This document shows, piece after piece, positions 1 through 6,764 of a stretch of 30,973 nt of DNA. Within the stretch, counting starts at the first letter, position 1. Each line of letters starts with the position of its first letter. The notes beneath the pieces were generated by a model, which did no database searches, was not told the origin of the DNA, and was given only the letters and a program-made list of their open reading frames with translations. Source of the stretch: a virus; the IMG/VR virus record IMGVR_UViG_3300017709_000019, positions 1-30,973 of that record; one strand, written 5' to 3'. The translations under genes were made by a program, and so were the position numbers.

Positions 1-123
1 CAATGAATTAACACAAGCATTTGCAAAAGAAGATGAAGCAAGCCAAAAGAAAGCATTTGAAGTAAATAAAGCAATAGGAATAGCCAACGCAATAATAAAT
101 ACTTCTGTTGGTGTTTCTAAAGC
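1..123. repeat. Terminal overlap, exact copy of 30851..30973 (circular assembly closure)
   Basis: Direct reading: caatgaattaacacaagcatttgcaaaagaagatgaagca...gtgtttctaaagc occurs at both window ends. Confidence 0.95.
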
Positions 124-442
124 ATTAGCAAGTTCAGCACCACCTCTAAATTTTATTAATGCAGCAATAGTAACTGCATCTGGTATTGCACAAGTAAAGA
201 ACATACAAAAAACACAATTTAATAGTAGTTCTTTTGATAGCACATCACCATCAACAAGTACTGGTGGAGCAAATACTTCACCAAGTCAATCTCCAAGTTT
301 CAATGTTGTAGGACAAAGCCAAGCAAATCAAGTATCTATGGCTTTAGCTAATCAACAACCAGTACAAGCATTTGTAGTTTCTGGAGATGTAACTACAGCA
401 CAACAACTACAAAACAATACAATTACACAAGCAACTTTTTAA
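1..442 (+). CDS. Tape-measure-like protein, C-terminal part (5'-truncated by the window start; continues from 29379..30973 across the circular junction)
   Basis: Open frame with codons starting at nt 2, ending at TAA 440-442. Nt 1-123 equal 30851-30973, and the frame of the ORF starting at ATG 29379 is preserved through that overlap. The tail is Ala/Ser/Gln/Gly-rich (..NFINAAIVTASGIAQV..SPSFNVVGQSQANQ..). Confidence 0.7.
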   Translation, partial: NELTQAFAKEDEASQKKAFEVNKAIGIANAIINTSVGVSKALASSAPPLNFINAAIVTASGIAQVKNIQKTQFNSSSFDSTSPSTSTGGANTSPSQSPSFNVVGQSQANQVSMALANQQPVQAFVVSGDVTTAQQLQNNTITQATF

Positions 443-453
443 AATAAAACACA

Positions 454-1659
454 ATGGATATAATAGAATTAATATTAGATGAAGAGAATGAAGAAATGGT
501 TGGAATAGATGCGGTTAGTATCGTAGAGAATCCAGCTATTGAATCAGATTTCATAACATTAGCAAGTGAAGAAATACAACTTGCAAAAATAGATGAAGAG
601 AAAAAATTGCTTCTTGGTGCAGCACTTATACCAAACAAGCCAATATTTAGAAAGCGTAATGATACTATGTTTTACGTTTACTTTTCTAAAGATACAGTTA
701 GAAGAGCAAGTGAATTGTTTTTTCAAAACAGTAATCAAAATAATGCAACCTTAGAACACCAAATGAGTGTTAATGGTTTAACTGTTGTAGAATCTTGGAT
801 AGTAGAAGATACTAAAATGGATAAATCAGCAAAGTATGGTTTAGAAATGCCTGAAGGTACTTGGATGATTTCAATGAAAGTAGAGAATGATGAAATCTGG
901 ACTGATTATGTAAAAACTGGCAAAGTAAAAGGTTTTAGTATTGAAGGTTATTTTGCAGATAAAGCACAAATTAAAAAACCCGATACAAAAGCAGAGATGC
1001 AAGCTATTGAAGAAGAAGAAGCTGAATATATGCTTAGTAATATTAAAGCACTAATTAAGAAAGATAAAAGAACTAAATCTGGTAAAAAGATAGAATTAGA
1101 AACTTATAACGATTATCCTCAAGCAGTTAGTAATAATGCTAAAAGAGGTATTGAACTAAATGAAAAAGTTAATAATAAATGTGCAACACAAGTTGGTAAA
1201 ATACGTGCGCAACAATTAGCACAAAAAGAAAACATTAGCTTACAAACTTTAAAAAGGATGTATTCATATTTAAGCAGAGCGCAAGAATATTATGATGAAG
1301 GAGATACAAAAGCTTGCGGTACTATTTCTTATTTATTGTGGGGTGGTAAAGCTGGTTTAAGATGGGCAGAAAGTAAGTTAAAAAAACTTGGAGAAATTAA
1401 TTTATCTTCTATGGTAGTAGATGAAACATTTGCAATTATAGATGATAGATTAGCTTATAGCACACAAGAGAAAGCTGAGGAGATGGCACAGAATATAGGT
1501 TGTGAAGGTTTTCACATTCACGAGTTTGAAGATAAAGAATGGTTTATGCCTTGTGAAAAACACACACAAATGAAAAAACCTTGCACAGCTGGTTATGAGC
1601 AATACGGAATGAAAATTAAGAATGGTAAAAAAGTACCTAATTGTGTGCCAATAAAATAA
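454..1659 (+). CDS. Prohead protease, XkdF-like N-terminal domain, with a long C-terminal extension
   Basis: N-terminus (VSIVENPAIESDFI..LLLGAALIPNKPI..FYVYFSKDTVRRASELF..GFSIEGYF) resembles the XkdF / Peptidase_S78_2 family as I remember it. It lies immediately upstream of the scaffold and major capsid genes. The C-terminal part carries a YPQAVSNNAKRGIEL..VGKIRAQQLA..LKRMYSYLSR..LLWGG module and an HxH..WFMP motif. Confidence 0.7.
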   Translation: MDIIELILDEENEEMVGIDAVSIVENPAIESDFITLASEEIQLAKIDEEKKLLLGAALIPNKPIFRKRNDTMFYVYFSKDTVRRASELFFQNSNQNNATLEHQMSVNGLTVVESWIVEDTKMDKSAKYGLEMPEGTWMISMKVENDEIWTDYVKTGKVKGFSIEGYFADKAQIKKPDTKAEMQAIEEEEAEYMLSNIKALIKKDKRTKSGKKIELETYNDYPQAVSNNAKRGIELNEKVNNKCATQVGKIRAQQLAQKENISLQTLKRMYSYLSRAQEYYDEGDTKACGTISYLLWGGKAGLRWAESKLKKLGEINLSSMVVDETFAIIDDRLAYSTQEKAEEMAQNIGCEGFHIHEFEDKEWFMPCEKHTQMKKPCTAGYEQYGMKIKNGKKVPNCVPIK

Positions 1660-1664
1660 ATAAT

Positions 1665-1805
1665 ATGAAAAGTAAAAAATTTGTAACACCAAGTAATACA
1701 TCACCAAAAAATACTAAGCGTGGATGCTTATGTCCTGATGGCAAAAGATACAGTAATAAGTGTTGTGATGGTAGCCTACAAGCACAAGGTATAGGTAAAG
1801 TATAA
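1665..1805 (+). CDS. Small basic Cys-rich peptide (46 aa), hypothetical
   Basis: ATG 1665 to TAA 1803-1805. Translation: MKSKKFVTPSNTSPKNTKRGCLCPDGKRYSNKCCDGSLQAQGIGKV. It fills most of an otherwise unexplained 210-nt gap. It is absent from the supplied track, which lists no ORF this short. Confidence 0.35.
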   Translation: MKSKKFVTPSNTSPKNTKRGCLCPDGKRYSNKCCDGSLQAQGIGKV

Positions 1806-1869
1806 AATAAAGTTAAAAAAAAATATAACAGTAAAGGTTTTTAAACGTTTATAGGTATATACTCAAATT

Positions 1870-2475
1870 ATGAAAGCAAACGAAATACTAAACAAAATAA
1901 AAAATATTGTTGGTGAAAAAGTTGAACTTTCTGAAGAAAAAATAGAAATGGCTGAAATTACATTAGAAAACGGAACTGTATTAGTTGCAGAATCTTTTGA
2001 AGCTGGTAAATCTGTATTTATTAAAACTGATGATGAGCAAATTGCTCTTCCTGTTGGTGAATATAAATTAGAAGAAGGCAAAGTTTTAGTTGTATCTGAA
2101 GAAGGTTTAATTGACAGTATTAAAGAAGCTGCTGAAGAAGCGGTTGAAGAAGAAGAATTATCTGAAGAATCTGAAGAAGTTAAAGAAACTGAATTAGAGG
2201 AAGAAGAAAAAGAAGAAATGAACTATGTTACTAAAGAAGAGTTTACATCTGCTGTTGAAGAAATCAAAGCAATGATTGACGAAAAACTTGGTAACAAAGA
2301 AGAAATGAAGGAAGAAGTAATAGAAGAGAAAGAAGAACTTTCTGCTGTTGCTCCTGAACCTGTAAAACATAATCCTGAAGCTGAAGTTGATAATAAAGTA
2401 AATTTTCATATTGCAAGCAATAGAACAGCTACAACTAAAGACAGGGTTTTTGATAAAATTTTTAACAATAATTAA
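1870..2475 (+). CDS. Putative scaffolding protein (highly acidic, Glu-rich)
   Basis: 201 aa, extremely E/K-rich and predicted helical. It sits between the protease and the major capsid gene. Confidence 0.55.
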   Translation: MKANEILNKIKNIVGEKVELSEEKIEMAEITLENGTVLVAESFEAGKSVFIKTDDEQIALPVGEYKLEEGKVLVVSEEGLIDSIKEAAEEAVEEEELSEESEEVKETELEEEEKEEMNYVTKEEFTSAVEEIKAMIDEKLGNKEEMKEEVIEEKEELSAVAPEPVKHNPEAEVDNKVNFHIASNRTATTKDRVFDKIFNNN

Positions 2476-2485
2476 ATAAAATAAA

Positions 2486-3421
2486 ATGGCGACAACAACA
2501 AGTATAACAAGTACTTACGCTGGAGAATTTGCTGGGAAATATATCTCTGCTGCTCTTTTAAGTGCTAACACAATTGATAAAGGCGGTATAGAAGTAATGC
2601 CTAATATCAAATATAAGTCTACTATGAAAAAAGTAGCTACTGATGCAAACGTAATTAAAAACGCTTCTTGCGATTTTGATGCAACTGCTACAGTAACATT
2701 AACCGAAAGATTACTACAACCAGAGGAGTTCCAAGTAAACTTACAATTTTGTAAGCAAGATTTCCAATCTGATTGGGAAGCTGCTCAAATGGGATATTCT
2801 GCATTTGATAAAATGCCACCTAAATTTTCAGATTTTATTATTGGCCACGTAGCTGGTTTAGTAGCTGAAAAGAACGAACAAAACATTTGGGAAGGTGTTA
2901 ATGCAAACGCTGGAGAATATGATGGTTTAGTAACTTTAGCTTTAGCTGATGCTGATGTAGTAGATGTAGCATCTCACGCTGCTGTAACTGCTGCTAACGT
3001 AATTGATAAATTAGGTTCTATTGTTGATGCAGTACCTTCTGCACTTTACAATAAAGAAGATTTACATATTTACGTATCACAAAACATTGCAAGAGCTTAT
3101 GTAAGAGCTTTAGGTGGTTTTGCTACTTCAATTGGTTCAAATGGTGTTAACGCACAGGGAACACAATGGTACAACGCTGGTGGACAACTATCTTTTGATG
3201 GTGTAAAAATCTTTGTTGCTAACGGTTTAGCTGACGATACTGCAATGGCTGCACAAAAATCTAACTTATACTTTGGTACTGGTTTATTAAATGACATGAA
3301 CGAAGTTAAGGTATTAGATATGGCTGACCTTGATGGTTCGCAGAATGTCAGAGTAATAATGCGTTACACAAGCGCAGTTAACTACGGAATAGGTTCTGAT
3401 ATAGTTTTATACCACGCCTAA
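2486..3421 (+). CDS. Major capsid protein (HK97-fold type)
   Basis: 311 aa with capsid-like composition (MATTTSITSTYAGEFAGKYISAALLSANTIDKGG..). Position after the protease and scaffold. A hairpin follows directly. Confidence 0.8.
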   Translation: MATTTSITSTYAGEFAGKYISAALLSANTIDKGGIEVMPNIKYKSTMKKVATDANVIKNASCDFDATATVTLTERLLQPEEFQVNLQFCKQDFQSDWEAAQMGYSAFDKMPPKFSDFIIGHVAGLVAEKNEQNIWEGVNANAGEYDGLVTLALADADVVDVASHAAVTAANVIDKLGSIVDAVPSALYNKEDLHIYVSQNIARAYVRALGGFATSIGSNGVNAQGTQWYNAGGQLSFDGVKIFVANGLADDTAMAAQKSNLYFGTGLLNDMNEVKVLDMADLDGSQNVRVIMRYTSAVNYGIGSDIVLYHA

Positions 3422-3436
3422 GAATTAATTAATAAC

Positions 3437-3458
3437 AAGGGAGTTGAAATGCTCCCTT
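3437..3458 (+). terminator. Hairpin after the capsid gene (attenuator or weak terminator)
   Basis: AAGGGAG (3437-3443), loop TTGAAATG, CTCCCTT (3452-3458), followed by an AT-rich sequence but no clean T-run. Confidence 0.35.
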
Positions 3459-3476
3459 AATTTAAATTTTAATAAT

Positions 3477-4025
3477 ATGGCTTGCGATTTAACAGCTGGT
3501 AGAAAAGTACCTTGTAAAGATGTAATTGGTGGTATTGTTAGAGCTTGGTTCATTGATTTTGGTGAATTAGGAACTGTAACAAAAACTGCTGATGAAATTA
3601 CAGATATGACAGGTACAATAACTGCCTTACAATATGATTTAAAAGGTACTAATAGTTTAGAAACTGCTATTACCTCAAGTAGAGAGAATGGAACAACATT
3701 CTTTGAAGAAACATTAACTTTAACACTACCTAAATTATCTAAAGAAGATAATAAGGAACTGAAGCTTATGGCTTACGGAAGACCTCATATCTGCGTAGAA
3801 GATAGAAACGGAAACTTTATGCTTTGTGGTTTAGAACACGGGATGGAAGTTACGGGAGGCAGTATAGCTACGGGAACAGCTTTCGGGGATTTAAGCGGTT
3901 ACTCATTAACTTTAACTGGTCAAGAATTAGAACCAGCTAACTTTATTGCTGGTGGAACTTCTGCTGACCCTCTTGCTGGAATGAGTTCAGCGACTGTAAC
4001 AGTTACGGTGGGAACCAATAGTTAA
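3477..4025 (+). CDS. Abundant virion protein, candidate major tail (tube) protein
   Basis: I prefer ATG 3477 over the track's TTG 3444, which lies inside the hairpin. 182 aa, MACDLTAGRKVPCKDVIGGIVRAWFIDFGELG..GDLSGYSLTLTGQELEPANF. It lies between the capsid gene and a strong terminator, which suggests high expression. Confidence 0.4.
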   Translation: MACDLTAGRKVPCKDVIGGIVRAWFIDFGELGTVTKTADEITDMTGTITALQYDLKGTNSLETAITSSRENGTTFFEETLTLTLPKLSKEDNKELKLMAYGRPHICVEDRNGNFMLCGLEHGMEVTGGSIATGTAFGDLSGYSLTLTGQELEPANFIAGGTSADPLAGMSSATVTVTVGTNS

Positions 4026-4077
4026 AAAATACGCGATTAATATAATTGTGTGATTCATAATATATAGTTTGATTGGA

Positions 4078-4107
4078 GGGGAGGGAGTGATTAACCTCCC
4101 CTTTTTT
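4078..4107 (+). terminator. Rho-independent terminator
   Basis: GGGGAGG (4078-4084) pairs with CCTCCCC (4095-4101) around a 10-nt loop, followed by TTTTTT (4102-4107). Confidence 0.8.
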
Positions 4108-4118
4108 ATTAAAAAAAT

Positions 4119-4472
4119 ATGCAAATATTAACTACAAGTGGCACACGAATTATTAACTTTATACCAAGAGAAACAATTTTAGGTACTAAAACTTATAAAT
4201 TAGTGATAAAGTCAGAAGCTCAAAATAAAGTTTTATTTACAGATGTTAATGCAACATTTGCTGAATTAGATTACTATTATCAATATTCAACTACTCAAGC
4301 ATTAGTTGAAAACAATTACTATACTATTACAATCACCAATACAACAGATAACGCAATAATTTTTAAAGACAAAATGTATTGTTCAGACCAAACACTTTCA
4401 GACTATGAAATTTCAAACGGTGTTTATATAGAACAAAGTACAGGAGACAATCAATTTATATATTATGGATAA
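4119..4472 (+). CDS. Hypothetical virion-module protein
   Basis: 117-aa ORF whose stop overlaps the portal start. Confidence 0.5.
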   Translation: MQILTTSGTRIINFIPRETILGTKTYKLVIKSEAQNKVLFTDVNATFAELDYYYQYSTTQALVENNYYTITITNTTDNAIIFKDKMYCSDQTLSDYEISNGVYIEQSTGDNQFIYYG

Positions 4473-6255
4473 TCTACATTTAATACAATTAGGCCAATAC
4501 GAAAGGCCAACAATCACAGAAGAACGCAATAAAGATTGGGTATCTATAGGTGATAACAATGATTATTACCAAAGTTTAATAGATGCTTATATGGATAGCA
4601 CAACAAACAATGCTGTTATAAATGGTGTTGTTAACCAGATATATGGTAAAGGATTAGATGCTACTGATTCTGCACAAAAGCCAGACCAGTATGCACAAAT
4701 GAAAAGTTTAGTAAAACCTCACGATTTAAGAAATGTTTGCCAAGATTTAAAACTATTAGGCGAAGCTGCTTTTCAAATAACTTACAATGGTTCTAAAATA
4801 TCAGCAATAACACATTTTCCAAGAGAAACGTTAAGAGCTGAAAAGATGAATGATAAAGGTGAAATAAAAAACTATTTTTATTCTGCTGATTGGAGTAAAG
4901 TAAAACACAATACTAAACTAAAAAAGTTTCCTGTTTTTGGTAGTGGCGCACAAAATGAAATATTTATTATAAAAAGATATGTAACAGGATTTTACTATTA
5001 TTCACCAGCAGATTATAATACTGCTTATGCTACACTTGAAGATGAAATAGCGTGTTACTTAATTAACGATACTCAGAATGGTTTTAGTGGTACTAAGGTT
5101 GTGAACTTTAATAATGGTGTACCAGATAGAGAAAAGCAATTAGCTATTAAGAATGATGTAATGCAAAAACTTACTGGTAGTTATGGCGAGAAAGTAATTG
5201 TTGCATTTAACAATAATGCAGAAAGTAAAACAACTATCGATGATGTACCACTAAACGATGCTCCAGCACATTACTCATATTTAAGTGAAGAATGTTCTAA
5301 GAAGATTATGCTAACTCATAGAGTGACATCACCCTTGCTCATTGGCTTAAGAGATGGTAGCGGCGGTGGTTTAGGTTCTAATGCAGATGAAATACAAAAC
5401 GCCTCAAGGCTTTTTAATAACGTAGTTATACAACCATACCAAAACCTTTTGATTGATTGCTTAAATACTTTATTATCGGTAAATGATATTAGTTTAAATC
5501 TTTACTTTAAAACTATTGAACCACTTGAGTTTATGGATTTAGAGAATGTTGAAGGTGAAGAAAACATTGAAGAGCAAACTGGTATTAAAGAAGAAGAAGA
5601 AGGCACAGAGCTTGAAATAATGGCTTCTAAGAGCGTTTCAAACAAAGATAGTGATGAACTACTAAAAAATGCTTTAGATTCGCTTAAAGGCATTAAAATG
5701 GATACTAAAGAGTTTGAAATAGTTGATATTAGAGATTTAGATGATGAAAATGAAAGTGTTGAGGATTGGGCTAAATCAATGATACAATTAAGTGATGTTG
5801 TAGATAGTAAAGAAGATGGTTTTTCTACTTTAGATAAATCAATGTATAAAGTAAGATACAAATATGCAAAAGGTAGTAGTAGAGGTGGAGAAAGCAGAGA
5901 ATTTTGCAAAGAGATGATGAACAGAACAAGTGCTGGTATTGTATATAGATTAGAAGATATTGATAAGGCAAGCAGAGATATGAACTTTAAAGCTGCTAAA
6001 TTACCAATGCACAAAGGCCAAAAGTATGATTTGTTTAAATTCAAAGGTGGTGTTTATTGTAGACACAAATGGCAACAGATTTTATACAAAATTAAAAAAG
6101 GAAAAGAAGCTGGTAGTGATGATTTAGATGATTACAAAAAAAGTAAAACTATTCCTAAAAGTTACGAACCAAAACCAAGAGGTAGAAAACAAGCAGTAAA
6201 AGCTCCAGTAAATATGCCTAATAATGGACACCACCCAAATTATAAAGGAAAATGA
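4465..6255 (+). CDS. Portal protein fused to a MuF/SPP1-gp7-like head-morphogenesis C-terminal domain
   Basis: 596 aa, and the only portal-sized candidate in the head module. The N-terminus (ERNKDWVSIGDNNDYYQSLIDAYMDSTTNNAVINGVVNQIYGKGLD) resembles portal N-termini as I remember them. An acidic linker spans about 5520-5640. The C-terminus has FCKEMMNRTS..VYRLEDI..KGGVYCRHKW, which recalls the MuF Cys..HPNCRC signature. Confidence 0.65.
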   Translation: MDNLHLIQLGQYERPTITEERNKDWVSIGDNNDYYQSLIDAYMDSTTNNAVINGVVNQIYGKGLDATDSAQKPDQYAQMKSLVKPHDLRNVCQDLKLLGEAAFQITYNGSKISAITHFPRETLRAEKMNDKGEIKNYFYSADWSKVKHNTKLKKFPVFGSGAQNEIFIIKRYVTGFYYYSPADYNTAYATLEDEIACYLINDTQNGFSGTKVVNFNNGVPDREKQLAIKNDVMQKLTGSYGEKVIVAFNNNAESKTTIDDVPLNDAPAHYSYLSEECSKKIMLTHRVTSPLLIGLRDGSGGGLGSNADEIQNASRLFNNVVIQPYQNLLIDCLNTLLSVNDISLNLYFKTIEPLEFMDLENVEGEENIEEQTGIKEEEEGTELEIMASKSVSNKDSDELLKNALDSLKGIKMDTKEFEIVDIRDLDDENESVEDWAKSMIQLSDVVDSKEDGFSTLDKSMYKVRYKYAKGSSRGGESREFCKEMMNRTSAGIVYRLEDIDKASRDMNFKAAKLPMHKGQKYDLFKFKGGVYCRHKWQQILYKIKKGKEAGSDDLDDYKKSKTIPKSYEPKPRGRKQAVKAPVNMPNNGHHPNYKGK

Positions 6256-6755
6256 GTAAAGCACTATTTGTAACAAGACACGATATTTCAGTATTTACTG
6301 CTGCTAATGGTAATATAGATAATGATAAAATTTTACCGTATATCAACCAAGCGCAAGATATTCACATACAGAATTATTTAGGTACTGAGTTATATGTTAA
6401 AATACAAAATGAAATAGTTGCTGGTACTTTAGCAAATCCTTACTTAGCTTTGTTGAATGATTATATAAAACCAATGCTACTACATTGGGCAATGGTAGAA
6501 TACTTACCTTTTGCTGGTGTTAATATTTCAAATGGTGGTATATATACTAAGAACCCTGAAAACAGCACAGCACTAACAAAAGAACACGTAGATAGCTTGA
6601 TTGAACGTTGTCGAAGTGTTTCTCAGTTTTACACTAACAGATTTATAGATTTTATGCAAAATAACGCAGCTGGATTAATACCTGAATACTATTCTAATAG
6701 TCAAGAGGATATGTATCCAGATGATGTTGCAGATTTTGGAGGTTGGGTACTTTAA
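6252..6755 (+). CDS. Putative head-tail connector/adaptor protein
   Basis: 167 aa directly after the portal (ATGA overlap). Helical, with an ILPYINQAQDIHIQNYLGTELY motif recalling gp6-like connector families. Confidence 0.4.
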   Translation: MSKALFVTRHDISVFTAANGNIDNDKILPYINQAQDIHIQNYLGTELYVKIQNEIVAGTLANPYLALLNDYIKPMLLHWAMVEYLPFAGVNISNGGIYTKNPENSTALTKEHVDSLIERCRSVSQFYTNRFIDFMQNNAAGLIPEYYSNSQEDMYPDDVADFGGWVL

Positions 6756-6764
6756 AAATATATT

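Noticed and set aside
2101-2340. GAA/GAAGAA-rich stretch considered as a tandem DNA repeat.
   Set aside because: It is in-frame Glu/Lys-rich coding sequence of the acidic scaffold-like protein and has no fixed repeat unit.
3444-3476. Track start TTG 3444 for the gene after the capsid gene.
   Set aside because: The TTG lies in the loop of the hairpin at 3437-3458, and the added 11 aa (MKCSLNLNFNN) look non-coding. ATG 3477 gives a clean start.
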